A DNA stretch of 64,000 bases from Parcubacteria group bacterium Gr01-1014_8. GTDB taxonomy: Bacteria; Patescibacteriota; Minisyncoccia; Phycocordibacterales; UBA2100. The position numbers and the translations under genes were made by a program. Positions 30,280 to 40,072 of this stretch are shown piece by piece. The stretch covers positions 96,001-160,000 of the forward strand of contig VMGC01000001.1 of NCBI GenBank assembly GCA_007376385.1, written 5' to 3'. Position 1 is the stretch's first letter. Every line of letters begins with the position of its first letter. Under the pieces are notes generated by a model. The model was given only the letters and a program-made list of their open reading frames with translations. It was not told where the DNA came from and searched no databases.

Positions 30280-30576
30280 TTTCGCGTTTCGCTCCACTTC
30301 CAAACATATCACCTCGTTCCCACTTCACAACTTGCCCGTCACACGAAAAGACACGGTTGCCTACTATGTCAATGTTGTGTGCTAAACATATTCGGTAGAT
30401 CCAATTTTTTTGTTTTGCTAATATTTTGCAACATGCAGAGAATATCTTTTCGTGTGTGCGGGCTTGCCAAACGGCATTTTTGTTCGTTATTGGTGACGTA
30501 GAGTGAGTGAAATGAAAATGTAGCCGTTTTCATTTCCGAGCCGAGGAGTCAAAATAGATTGTCCTAACGGCAATCT

Positions 30577-31437
30577 TTATAGAGATATTGAAATAATGCC
30601 GACCACAACACATCCAAGCGCAGCCACTTTTAAATAGACATGATGCTCTTTGAAGTAGATCGAGCCGGAGCAAATAGCCCAGAACACAGAAAGAGCGCGT
30701 TTGGCGGCTGTTGCGACGGACGCCGGCATGTAGAGAATGGCAAAACTGAACATGCCGTTGGCTATCGCCCCCGTCGCAAATTGCGCTAATTGAGCAGGGT
30801 GAAATATTCGGTGCAGCGGCCGCTCTCTCTTCATGGTTGCCATTGTAAAAAAGAAGACAACCAACACAAACAGTATGATGCCCTGTTCTGCTTCGACCGA
30901 GTTGTAGTATGTGATGTCGTATTTATAGAGTGAGATGGTGACGACGGCATTCAGCGCGGTGAAAAGAACGAGGAGAGAGCCTCTTTTTTTTATGCCATGA
31001 TACCCAAAAAGGAGGGCGAGCGAGGCGACGATGGCAACGGTGCCAAGTATCTGCGCGCTGGTCATCGCGTACCCGAGCACAAGGTCAGCGACAAGGAGGA
31101 GCGGGATCGTTAGAACGCGGAGGAATGCAAATGTGCTTCGGTCTGCTCGAATGACGGCAAAAAGAGTGACGTATGATTGCGCCACTTCCAAAATGACGCG
31201 CGGAATGAGCGTTGGAAGGGACGCGAGAGAGAACACAAATCCTCCGGGGAAATGCGGCGCAAAATAATTGAGAGGAAGATACAATCCAATGATGAGGATA
31301 CCAATAAGTCCCGCGAGCGTTGAGGTGAAGCCTGTTGTGAACGGCCTCTCCAAGCGCTTGGCGATGGTGTACTTGCCGACAGAGCTTCCGAGCTCTTCGG
31401 CGAACGTCGCGATCGCAACGAGGAAAGCTCCGAACAT
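30577..31437 (-). CDS. DMT-superfamily (EamA-like) transporter
   Basis: ~9-10 TM helices, C-terminal EamA-like segment AAKRALSVFWAICSGSIYFKE...GCVVVGIISISL. Immediately downstream of pilB. Confidence 0.5.
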   Translation of the reverse strand: MFGAFLVAIATFAEELGSSVGKYTIAKRLERPFTTGFTSTLAGLIGILIIGLYLPLNYFAPHFPGGFVFSLASLPTLIPRVILEVAQSYVTLFAVIRADRSTFAFLRVLTIPLLLVADLVLGYAMTSAQILGTVAIVASLALLFGYHGIKKRGSLLVLFTALNAVVTISLYKYDITYYNSVEAEQGIILFVLVVFFFTMATMKRERPLHRIFHPAQLAQFATGAIANGMFSFAILYMPASVATAAKRALSVFWAICSGSIYFKEHHVYLKVAALGCVVVGIISISL

Positions 31438-31440
31438 GAA

Positions 31441-33129
31441 TTACTCTTGTCCAAGCGTGTCGTCATGTACGTCAACGATACGGGTCAATTCTTCTAACGA
31501 AGTTACGCCTTGAAGAACTTTTACCGCTCCATCTTGCGCCATGCGACGGATCTTTTGGTGCACAGCTGCTTTCCATAGATCGCGCTCGCTGGATGAATGC
31601 CGAACGGCTTCTTCCATTTCTTTATCCATCAAGATAACCTCAACGATGCCTATTCGTCCTTTGTATCCAAGGCCACCGCATTTTTCACAGCCTTTTGCCT
31701 TCCACATGGTCTCGCGATTTGCCGGCAAGTCTTCTTCGTGTGGAATATTTTTTAGAAGCCTGTCCATAACGATCTTGTCTTCGCCCTGGATGACGGCGGA
31801 TTCTCGGCATTTCTCGCACAATCGCCGGACGAGCCGTTGTGCCATAGCAACAGTCACCGCCGCGCCCAAAATATCTGCGTTCACGCCCATGTCGATGAGG
31901 CGAGGAAATGTGCCCGCGGCGTCGTTAGTGTGAAGTGTCGAGAATACGAGGTGACCTGTCAGCGACGCATGAACGGCAGTCGAAGCGACTTCTGCGTCTC
32001 GGATCTCGCCCACCATGATGACGTCTGGGTCCTGGCGAAGAGTCGAACGAAGACCCGAGGCGAACGTGTAGTCCCGCGAGACCTGGGTTTGCACGATGCC
32101 GGGGAGGTGATACTCGATAGGGTCTTCGATAGTGACTATCTTAATGCCGGGATTATGCACTTTTCGGAGGAACGCATACAGCGTCGTCGTTTTACCAGAG
32201 CCGGTGGGACCAGTGTTCAGTATCATGCCGTTCGGTTTCGCAATTTCTTTGTCAAAGATGTCCATCAGGTACTTATCAAAGCCGAGTTTTTCCATCGGGA
32301 GTGCGATGGTAGAAGGATCCAAAATACGCATGACGCATGTTTCAGCGTATGCGCCGGGGAGTATTGAAGTACGAATTTCTATTTCTTTTTTATTTATGAC
32401 GATAGAAAAGCGCCCGTCTTGGGCGGCATTCTTTATGTTCAGTTTTAATCCGGACAAGAGTTTAATGCGCGATGAAATGAGCGCGTATGTAGCGTGGTCG
32501 AACATGGTCACTTCAATGAGAACTCCGTCGAGGCGATAACGCATACGCACTGCTTCATCTTCCGGTTCCAAGTGCACGTCGGATGCGCCGAGTGAGAGTG
32601 CGCCTGCCATGATGACCTCAAGGACGCGAGAAATACGGTGTACGTCCTTGCTTCCCATGTGGCCTTTTATCTCAACGCCCACATCGGCCAACACTTTTAA
32701 TTTTTCGAGCATTTCTTGAATGGTCTCGTTCGAGAGCGTCAAAACGCCTGCCTCTGTTTCTGTTGCGTAGGAAAGGTCGTGGTAGCGATCCCAGGCATGA
32801 TCAAGCGATGCGCGCGAGACGATGAAACGGCGCGTCTCGTAGCCGAGCCGCTCAAGGGATTGAATGGCTTGAACGGAATCTTGCCGCTCGGGCGCACGCA
32901 TTGCGACGAATAGTTTTTTATTGATCTTGCGGAATGCGGCAACCTCGGCAGCCCGTGCGTCTTTTTCCAGGATGAGGCGAAGCGAATCAGTGTCAATGGA
33001 TTTATTCGTAAGGTCTATATATTCAACGCCGTATTTTGTCGCGAGCATTTCTGCGAGCTGCTCTTCTTCTTTGCGGTGCAATTCTTCGAGTCTGTCTGCT
33101 TGTTTTTTATCATCTGTGAACTGAGCCAT
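31441..33129 (-). CDS. pilB: Type IV pilus assembly ATPase, GspE/PilB family
   Basis: N-terminal GSPII_E-N-like region, Walker A GPTGSGKTTTLYAFL, IMVGEIRDAE, tetra-Cys CEKC...CEKCGGLGYKGRIG. Confidence 0.9.
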   Translation of the reverse strand: MAQFTDDKKQADRLEELHRKEEEQLAEMLATKYGVEYIDLTNKSIDTDSLRLILEKDARAAEVAAFRKINKKLFVAMRAPERQDSVQAIQSLERLGYETRRFIVSRASLDHAWDRYHDLSYATETEAGVLTLSNETIQEMLEKLKVLADVGVEIKGHMGSKDVHRISRVLEVIMAGALSLGASDVHLEPEDEAVRMRYRLDGVLIEVTMFDHATYALISSRIKLLSGLKLNIKNAAQDGRFSIVINKKEIEIRTSILPGAYAETCVMRILDPSTIALPMEKLGFDKYLMDIFDKEIAKPNGMILNTGPTGSGKTTTLYAFLRKVHNPGIKIVTIEDPIEYHLPGIVQTQVSRDYTFASGLRSTLRQDPDVIMVGEIRDAEVASTAVHASLTGHLVFSTLHTNDAAGTFPRLIDMGVNADILGAAVTVAMAQRLVRRLCEKCRESAVIQGEDKIVMDRLLKNIPHEEDLPANRETMWKAKGCEKCGGLGYKGRIGIVEVILMDKEMEEAVRHSSSERDLWKAAVHQKIRRMAQDGAVKVLQGVTSLEELTRIVDVHDDTLGQE

Positions 33130-33187
33130 TCCTCACATTGTACCCCATCGTATTATGTTATCGTGCCGTTATGCGCACTATTTTTAT

Positions 33188-35587
33188 ATGGCCAAAGGGT
33201 TAAAAAAAGATAAGAAATTGAAGCGGCTCGTTCTCCTTGATTCTCATGCGGTTCTGCACCGCGCATATCATGCGATACCGGATTTTGCGACATCGAAGGG
33301 AGAGCCGACCGGCGCTCTCTACGGGCTCGTCTCGATGCTCCTGAAGATGATAGCCGATCTTCAGCCAGACTATGTTGTTGCAGCGCGAGATCTGCCTGGG
33401 GGTACGCACCGTCATCAATTGTTCGAGGAATATAAGGCGACGCGAGCAAAAGCTGACGATGAATTGATCGCACAGCTCGAGAGGGCGCCGCGCGTATTCG
33501 AGGCGTTCGGCATACCCGTGTGTGAAGCGCCTGGATACGAAGCAGACGACGTTCTTGCGACCATCGTGAAGCAGCTCTCAAAGAAAGAAGATGTTGAGAT
33601 AATCATCGTGACAGGCGACATGGATACCTTGCAGCTTATAGATGATGAGCGAGTTCGCGTATACACGCTTAAGCAAGGAATATCAGATACTATTCTGTAT
33701 GATGAGGATAGGGTGAAGGAGCGATATGGTTTTGGGCCGGAGATGATACCGGATTATAAAGGCTTGCGCGGCGATCCGTCTGACAATATCAAAGGTATCG
33801 CCGGTATCGGCGAGAAAACAGCAACTGAGCTTATAGAGAAGTTCGGTTCGATAGATGACATCTATAAGGCACTGAAGAAAACACCAAAAGAATTTGAAGA
33901 GAGGGGAGTGAAACCACGAATCGTCCAGCTTCTTATCTCGGGGGAGAAAGATGCTAGATTCTCGAAAGAACTCGCCACGGTAAAATATGATGCCCCTGTT
34001 AATTTTCACATACCTAGAGAGGTATGGAGCCTGAAAGAGCATGCGCAGAGTATCGTGGCATTGTGCGAAGAGTTCGAATTCCGTTCCCTTGGAGAACGCG
34101 TCAAGGCACTTACTGAACAAAAAGCGGCAATCGAACAGGAAAAGATCCCCGTCGCGACCGTTCTTCCTGCTGACCTTCGCGAGGTCGCGATCGCGCTTTG
34201 GCTCATACGATCTGATGTTACAGACCCAAGCCTCGAAGATATCTTGCAATTCGCGAAGACCGATGATTTTGAGACAGCCCGAGAAATCATCTTCAAGACT
34301 CTGCGGAAGACCGGTTCTCTCGGCGAAGTTTTCGATGGGATAGAAAAGCCACTTATACCCCTCGTCGATAGGATGAACAGAACAGGAGTCGAGCTCGACA
34401 CGAAATACTTGAAAGAACTCTCTCGCGAATATACAAAAGAACTTGGCATCATCGCGGGCCGCATCTACTCGCATGCGGGCAGGGAGTTCAACATCAGTTC
34501 TCCAAAGCAGTTAGGGGTCATACTTTTTGACGAATTAAAACTCGCACTCCCGCGGCAAAAAAAGACAGCGACCGGCGCTCGAACCACGAAGGAAGAAGAG
34601 CTGGCAAAGATGAGCGACCAGCACCCGATCATTGCCGATGTGCTTGCGTTCAGAGAACTGCAGAAGCTGCTCTCGACGTACATTGAAAGCATGACCGAGT
34701 TTGTCGGAGATGACGGGAGACTGCACGCAGAATTTTTACAGGCAGGAACAACAACAGGAAGAATGTCGAGCAAGAATCCGAATATGCAGAATGTTCCTAT
34801 TCGCACGGAATATGGGAAAAGAATTCGTCGAGCATTCATCGCAAAAAAAGGCTTTGTTCTTTGCTCGCTCGATTACTCACAGATAGAGCTCCGCATTGCC
34901 GCCGGCCTTTCCGGCGATGAGAAACTCATCGGAGTTTTCAAGGAAGGAAAGGATATTCATGCAGCAGTAGCGGCTCAGGTATTTGCGGTTCCACCGGAAC
35001 TTGTGGATTATGAAATGCGCCGTCGCGCGAAAGTCATCAATTTCGGCATTATTTACGGCATGGGAGTGAATGCGCTTCGGCAAGCGCTTGGCGACAATGT
35101 AACGCGCGAGGAGGCTGCAAAATTCTTATCTGATTACTTCGCCAACTTTCCCGGCCTTGCTCGGTATATCGAACGCACAAAACAATCTGCGGCGAGTCTC
35201 GGATATACGGAAACATTGTACGGACGGCGACGATATTTTTCCGGGTTCAAATCGACGCTGCCGAGCCTCCGCGCGCAAGCGGAGCGCATGGCCATAAATG
35301 CACCCATACAAGGTACGCAATCCGACATCATCAAGCTTGCGATGGTGGAAGCGGACCAACTTATAGAAAAGAGAGACTGGCGAAACAAGGCGGCACTGGT
35401 GCTCCAAGTGCATGACGAGTTGGTGTACGAACTTAAGGAAGAGGAAGCGGAGATGATAGCCCGAGAGATAAAGAACATTATGGAATCTTCGCATGCGGAG
35501 GAAAAGTTAGGCGGCGTGCCTATCATTGCGGAAGCCTCCATCGGAAAGAATTGGGGCTCGCTTGAGAAGTTACCTCAGGAGGGATGA
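33188..35587 (+). CDS. polA: DNA polymerase I (5'-3' exonuclease + polymerase domains, no recognisable 3'-5' exonuclease motifs)
   Basis: LLDSHAVLHRAYHA FEN domain. Pol motifs DYSQIELRIAA (A), RRRAKVINFGIIYGMG (B), LQVHDELVYE (C). Start at MAKGLKK (33188). Confidence 0.9.
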   Translation: MAKGLKKDKKLKRLVLLDSHAVLHRAYHAIPDFATSKGEPTGALYGLVSMLLKMIADLQPDYVVAARDLPGGTHRHQLFEEYKATRAKADDELIAQLERAPRVFEAFGIPVCEAPGYEADDVLATIVKQLSKKEDVEIIIVTGDMDTLQLIDDERVRVYTLKQGISDTILYDEDRVKERYGFGPEMIPDYKGLRGDPSDNIKGIAGIGEKTATELIEKFGSIDDIYKALKKTPKEFEERGVKPRIVQLLISGEKDARFSKELATVKYDAPVNFHIPREVWSLKEHAQSIVALCEEFEFRSLGERVKALTEQKAAIEQEKIPVATVLPADLREVAIALWLIRSDVTDPSLEDILQFAKTDDFETAREIIFKTLRKTGSLGEVFDGIEKPLIPLVDRMNRTGVELDTKYLKELSREYTKELGIIAGRIYSHAGREFNISSPKQLGVILFDELKLALPRQKKTATGARTTKEEELAKMSDQHPIIADVLAFRELQKLLSTYIESMTEFVGDDGRLHAEFLQAGTTTGRMSSKNPNMQNVPIRTEYGKRIRRAFIAKKGFVLCSLDYSQIELRIAAGLSGDEKLIGVFKEGKDIHAAVAAQVFAVPPELVDYEMRRRAKVINFGIIYGMGVNALRQALGDNVTREEAAKFLSDYFANFPGLARYIERTKQSAASLGYTETLYGRRRYFSGFKSTLPSLRAQAERMAINAPIQGTQSDIIKLAMVEADQLIEKRDWRNKAALVLQVHDELVYELKEEEAEMIAREIKNIMESSHAEEKLGGVPIIAEASIGKNWGSLEKLPQEG

Positions 35588-35600
35588 TAGAGTTGTGCAT

Positions 35601-36248
35601 ATGTTGTACGTGTATACGGGGACCGATAGAGAGAAAGCAAAAAGCGCCATGCAGAAAGAAGTAGAGCGTGTCGCGAAAAAAGAGAAGGCATCGATCGTGC
35701 GCATCAGCGATGCGCATACGATCGCAGATCTTCGTGCAGCGTTGCAAGGCGGCGGAATGTTCGGCGGGAAAAGAGTTGTTGTCTTGGAGGGAGTGTTAGC
35801 GAATGAAGATATGAACCCAATTCTTAGTGATGCATTTCCGTTACTCTCTGAGAGTGCAGACCCTTTTTTCATTTTCGAAGAAAGATTGGACGTTGCAACT
35901 CGTAAGCGCGTGGAAAAATATGCGAAGGAGTCAGAACGTTTCGATGCAGGAAAAAAGTGGGAAGATAGATCGGTGTTCTTGCTAGGAAATGCGCTGAAGA
36001 GGGAAGACAAAAAAGCGCTGTGGGTCGGATATCTAAGGGAGGTAGAAAAGGGAAGCGCGCCGGAGATGCTTCATGGAATTCTTTTCTGGGCGGCAAAATC
36101 AATGCTTCTTGCCGCGCGCGAGAGAAGCGCAGAACAGACGCGCGCGGCGCTTCTTGTTGGGCGACTTGCGGAGCTTCCGCATGAATCAAGAAGAAAAGGG
36201 ATGGACATGGAACTCGCGCTAGAGCACTTTGTGCTCTCCACGGCGTAG
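35601..36248 (+). CDS. Putative DNA polymerase III delta subunit-like protein (short)
   Basis: MLYVYTGTDREKAKSAMQ N-terminus and overall size resemble reduced HolA. Weak call. Confidence 0.35.
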   Translation: MLYVYTGTDREKAKSAMQKEVERVAKKEKASIVRISDAHTIADLRAALQGGGMFGGKRVVVLEGVLANEDMNPILSDAFPLLSESADPFFIFEERLDVATRKRVEKYAKESERFDAGKKWEDRSVFLLGNALKREDKKALWVGYLREVEKGSAPEMLHGILFWAAKSMLLAARERSAEQTRAALLVGRLAELPHESRRKGMDMELALEHFVLSTA

Positions 36249-36273
36249 CGGACGTGGTACGATACTGCTATCT

Positions 36274-37599
36274 ATGCGGGAGGCAGGGAAACGTATCCCG
36301 AGTATTCTTTTTTCAACTGGTGCGTTGGCGATTTCTCTGATTCTTATCCTGCCGTTGTTTGCTCATGCACAGTTCGGTTCAGGGAACGTAAAATATTGTA
36401 CCGGTATCGCGTGCCCATGCGACATGGGGCCCGGACCAAATTGCGCCTGCTGCAAGAAAACTCCCAGGCCAGCTGGTGGGGTTATAGGTTGTTATTGTGA
36501 AGAATCAGCGAATGGTAAAAAGTCGACAGGCACCTGCGTTGCGCCTGTGAATTGTAGTGCGTCGGCGTCGGAGGGATTGGGGGGCGACATGAAAGGTTTG
36601 ATGGATGCGTTGAAATTGCTTCAGGAGCTATTCAAGAAAAAAGAAGGTGGCGGAGGCGGAGGAGCCCCACCCCCGCCGCCTGGCGCACAAGAACCGCCGC
36701 CTTGCGTCGTAAATCCCGCAACAAAAACAAAGTCGCCGATTCCCTGCAAGGAAGCGAACGGGATGATCAATTATGGAGATGGAACCGACTTGAGCGGGTT
36801 TGGTTCTTCCGGCACGGGGTTAGGCGGGGATGGCAGTCTTGCCGATACACTCCTTAAAGCGCTCGGCGGCACCGTGTCGAGTTCGGGAGATGATTCGGAT
36901 GGAAGTAGCGAGGAGACATCGGATGACACGGGTGGTGCTGGGACCGGTGGTGGTAGCGCAGCCGGGGGTGGTGGTGCAAAGGCGGGAGGAAGCGCCGCAT
37001 TTGATCCGAAGAAATTGGAAGGCGATATTCGTGTCGGCGTTTCCGGTGGCACAATTTTTGCGCGCTCGCGTGACCCGGGCAGCAATACGGAAGTTGCGGG
37101 CTTTTTCGGAGGCAATGCGTTCAATGCAAATGCGTCGCGAAGCTTGGTCGGACGTCTTTGTGCTGCGCGCCCGTGGGCAGGCGGTATCATCGGGAGCATC
37201 ATCCCGCCTTCTTTCTTTGATGGATTGTGTAGGCGTGGTGGGTATCAGGTAGGTATAGTTGCTCTTCAGCCAGGTTCAGCAAAAGGCGGTAAAAAAGGCA
37301 CTATAACCATCACCGGCCAGAAGCAGCAGCGTCAAACGGTGGACTCGTCCACTATTGAAGCTGAAGTAGACATTTGGGCGGAGCCAGCGAGCGTACGTCT
37401 TGGCACACGGACATACATTTTCTGGACATCGAAAGGCGTCGAGTCATGCAAAGAGTCAGGTCCAAGCTTTTCGCAGAACAGTCCTTCCGGCGGCGCATCG
37501 ACTGTCCCGCTGTCGGGTAAAAGTATATTTACTATCGTCTGCTTGACTATAGCGAGCACAACAGTCGAAGATAGCGTCACGGTGAACTTGGCTTTATAG
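36274..37599 (+). CDS. Secreted Cys-/Gly-rich low-complexity protein
   Basis: Signal peptide ILFSTGALAISLILILPLFAHAQ, CxxC-rich segment, GGGGGAPPPPPG and GGAGTGGGSAAGGGGAKAGG tracts. Confidence 0.5.
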   Translation: MREAGKRIPSILFSTGALAISLILILPLFAHAQFGSGNVKYCTGIACPCDMGPGPNCACCKKTPRPAGGVIGCYCEESANGKKSTGTCVAPVNCSASASEGLGGDMKGLMDALKLLQELFKKKEGGGGGGAPPPPPGAQEPPPCVVNPATKTKSPIPCKEANGMINYGDGTDLSGFGSSGTGLGGDGSLADTLLKALGGTVSSSGDDSDGSSEETSDDTGGAGTGGGSAAGGGGAKAGGSAAFDPKKLEGDIRVGVSGGTIFARSRDPGSNTEVAGFFGGNAFNANASRSLVGRLCAARPWAGGIIGSIIPPSFFDGLCRRGGYQVGIVALQPGSAKGGKKGTITITGQKQQRQTVDSSTIEAEVDIWAEPASVRLGTRTYIFWTSKGVESCKESGPSFSQNSPSGGASTVPLSGKSIFTIVCLTIASTTVEDSVTVNLAL

Positions 37600-37609
37600 A
37601 ATTCTTAAG

Positions 37610-38080
37610 CTAGCGGTGCGTTGAAAAAAGAATGATTCCCGCTGCGACCGCGACGTTCAGGGATTCTTTAGAACCATGCATAGGAATTTCAATGAGAGTG
37701 TCGCAGGCGTTGCGGAGTTGCGATGAGATCCCCTTGATCTCGTTGCCAAAGATAAAGAATGTTTTTTTGCTCTGCTTGAAGCGACGGTAATCAATTGACC
37801 TTGTATCTTGTTCGACGCCGACGATGCGCCAGCCGTTCCTCTTGAGTTTTTTTATAAGGTGCGCAGGGGACGAACAGTATTTCCATGGGAGAGCATGCTC
37901 AGCGCCAAGCGCAGTTTTTGCGATATCTTTCCGTACGCGCCCAAAGCGGTCGATCGGCCTCGGCGTGTAGCCAGAAAGAAAAATGCGTTCAACGCCTGCT
38001 GCGTCAGCGCTGCGGAATATTGAACCGACATTATGGGTACTTCGAATGTTGTGAAGAAGAACCGCTCTCCTAGTTTTCAT
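37610..38080 (-). CDS. SpoU/TrmH-class RNA 2'-O-methyltransferase (TrmL-like)
   Basis: LLHNIRSTHNVGSIFRSADAAGV, IEIPMHGSKESLNVAVAAGIILF SPOUT motifs. Confidence 0.8.
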   Translation of the reverse strand: MKTRRAVLLHNIRSTHNVGSIFRSADAAGVERIFLSGYTPRPIDRFGRVRKDIAKTALGAEHALPWKYCSSPAHLIKKLKRNGWRIVGVEQDTRSIDYRRFKQSKKTFFIFGNEIKGISSQLRNACDTLIEIPMHGSKESLNVAVAAGIILFSTHR

Positions 38081-38208
38081 AATGATCCCACTGTAATCTC
38101 TATGCCCTTCACTGTATACCCCGTGAGATAAAACAAGAATGACTTCCTTTAGAAATCTTTGATCGATGAATATTTTGCGCGTGCTGGGACATTTTCGCTA
38201 CCTATCTC

Positions 38209-38571
38209 ATGGGGTATACTGTCCGTATGCTGTCGCTTTTTCCAGAATTACTGTTTCTTGCGCCGTTCTCCGCGCTCGTCATTCGAGTAGCGGTTGCTGT
38301 CATCTTTGCGTTCAGTGCGTGGACGAGGATGCAAAGTGAGCAGACGCTATTGAAAGTCTTTGGAGCGATTGACGCGATACTTGCTGTCATGTTTCTCTCT
38401 GGCGGCTACACGCAGCTTGCCGCACTCATTGGCGCGGTGTGCGCGATTGCGTGGCTTTCTCGCACTTCGATACGGCCGCTTCCGGTGAGCACCGTGTGGC
38501 TCGCCCTTATAATGTGTATCTCCCTTCTCGTTACCGGTGCCGGTCCATTTGCGTTCGACCTGCCATTGTAA
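38209..38571 (+). CDS. Small membrane protein (DoxX-like?)
   Basis: Four hydrophobic helices in 120 aa. Confidence 0.4.
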   Translation: MGYTVRMLSLFPELLFLAPFSALVIRVAVAVIFAFSAWTRMQSEQTLLKVFGAIDAILAVMFLSGGYTQLAALIGAVCAIAWLSRTSIRPLPVSTVWLALIMCISLLVTGAGPFAFDLPL

Positions 38572-38777
38572 AGAACCCTGCGCCAGAGAACGTAGGGTGT
38601 TAAGAAACGTCTTTCAATGCAGGACCGGGAGACCTTTCCCGGAATAGGAACGACCCGCCGGTCGCACGTATTTGAAAGCGCGTCCATTCATTCTTGCGGT
38701 AAAGCGCAACGTTCTGGATGCGACCAGTAGGAAATTGCGATAGACGTTTCGCGCGCTGCCTGTTATAAGACTAGTAC

Positions 38778-38848
38778 CCCCTGGTAGCTCAATGGTAGAG
38801 CAGCTGCCTTTTAAGCAGTTGACGGAGGTCCGATTCCTCCCCGGGGGA
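38778..38848 (+). tRNA. tRNA-Lys (anticodon TTT)
   Basis: Cloverleaf folds by hand: acceptor cccctgg/ccggggg, D arm gctc-aatggta-gagc, anticodon arm gctgc-cttttaa-gcagt, T arm ggagg-tccgatt-cctcc. Closely resembles E. coli tRNA-Lys. Confidence 0.7.
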
Positions 38849-39024
38849 AAGTTTTTTAAACTTCACACGGGAGAAGCGTGCAATGCACGCTTCGTGAAGA
38901 ATCGGACGCCGGAGCGATGTTTTGTCAGCAGACAAAACCGCGAGGCGGTGCCCAGACAAACTTTTGCGACGGCAAAAGTTTAGTCGCGGGAGATTCCTCC
39001 CCGGGGGAAAGTTTTTTAAACTTT
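38849..39024 (+). other. tRNA-linked structured element copy 1: ~145-nt hairpin-rich segment closed by a 33-bp direct duplicate of the tRNA-Lys 3' end
   Basis: Direct repeat gattcctccccgggggaaagttttttaaactt at 38832-38864 and 38992-39024. Internal conserved motifs acgccggagcgatgt, accgcgaggcggtgcccagac, agtcgcgggaga shared with copy 2. Confidence 0.6.
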
Positions 39025-39081
39025 GTATTCCGCGAAACGGGAATTTCCTATGCGAGCGTTAGCGAACAGGAAATAGGGATT

Positions 39082-40068
39082 TTAGTACACGTACGCATCA
39101 ACAGTTCGCCCGTCGTCATCAAGCAGCCGAACAACATCACGCTGGTCGCGCCAGAGTGCAGAGTCCGACTCCAGATACAAACGCCACGCCTCACGATCAA
39201 ATGAAGAGCGCATGTAGTGGCGATTCATGCATCCATTGTAGGAGAGTGTATTTTGCAAGAATGAGCGACACGCGGGGGATACAATCGATGGGACTTGCTT
39301 AGGAAACTCACACGTCGGAATGCTGTATATAAAATCGAAACACGCATCGCCATATTGGGAAAGATTTTCGGGCGTAAGCGGCAATTCACCGGAGGGGGAT
39401 GGGCAATTCAACGAGAGTGCTGGTTCAAATGTCTGGAACTGCGATATGTAACCGGTGCAAATATTTTCTCTGAAAGAAACGCCAACCGGGGAGGCGCCGC
39501 TTGCGATTATCGCGTACGCACCCGGTTCGAGCGATACCGAATTAACGGCGTTCACTGAGCCTCCTCGAAGTGGAGATGCGGCGGGAGGAAGTGCGATCCG
39601 AACCCCGGTAAGGGCGCTTTGCAAGGACCATCCTTCAAGTGAAATAGGGGTTGTGTTTTCGGCGCTTGCTTCGATGACAATATATTCGGCAGGTATGTCG
39701 GATGTTTGAGGATTTGAATATGCGCCAGAAATGTGCACGCTCCGGAAATACGGAGACGGGTCGCCGAATGTCATAACATCGTTAGGATTGCCGATGATCT
39801 CTCCGTACTGTCCTCCGGTATTTTCGGATGTTTGATCCGGGTTTGCGTTTGCCCCCGCGGCGTCCGGTCCAAATAAATCTTCTTCCTCAATGAATGAAAA
39901 AATGTTCGATGGCTGCCAGGGAAGTGCAAAATCCGTGGATGTCGAACCGGCGAAAGAGAAACTTTTTACCTGCGCGAAAATGCGTTGCGGGCCTTTATTC
40001 AATATCCATATGACAACGAGCGAGAGAATAATGAAGGCGAAGAGAGCAAGGATTATTTGCCGTATCAT
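39082..40068 (-). CDS. Membrane-anchored secreted protein with lamin-tail-domain-like segment
   Basis: N-terminal TM IILALFAFIILSLVVIWIL. PAEYIVIEASAENTTPISLEGWSLQS resembles the LTD E-[YW]-VEL-N...L-GW-L signature. Confidence 0.5.
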   Translation of the reverse strand: MIRQIILALFAFIILSLVVIWILNKGPQRIFAQVKSFSFAGSTSTDFALPWQPSNIFSFIEEEDLFGPDAAGANANPDQTSENTGGQYGEIIGNPNDVMTFGDPSPYFRSVHISGAYSNPQTSDIPAEYIVIEASAENTTPISLEGWSLQSALTGVRIALPPAASPLRGGSVNAVNSVSLEPGAYAIIASGASPVGVSFRENICTGYISQFQTFEPALSLNCPSPSGELPLTPENLSQYGDACFDFIYSIPTCEFPKQVPSIVSPACRSFLQNTLSYNGCMNRHYMRSSFDREAWRLYLESDSALWRDQRDVVRLLDDDGRTVDAYVY

Positions 40069-40072
40069 GCAC

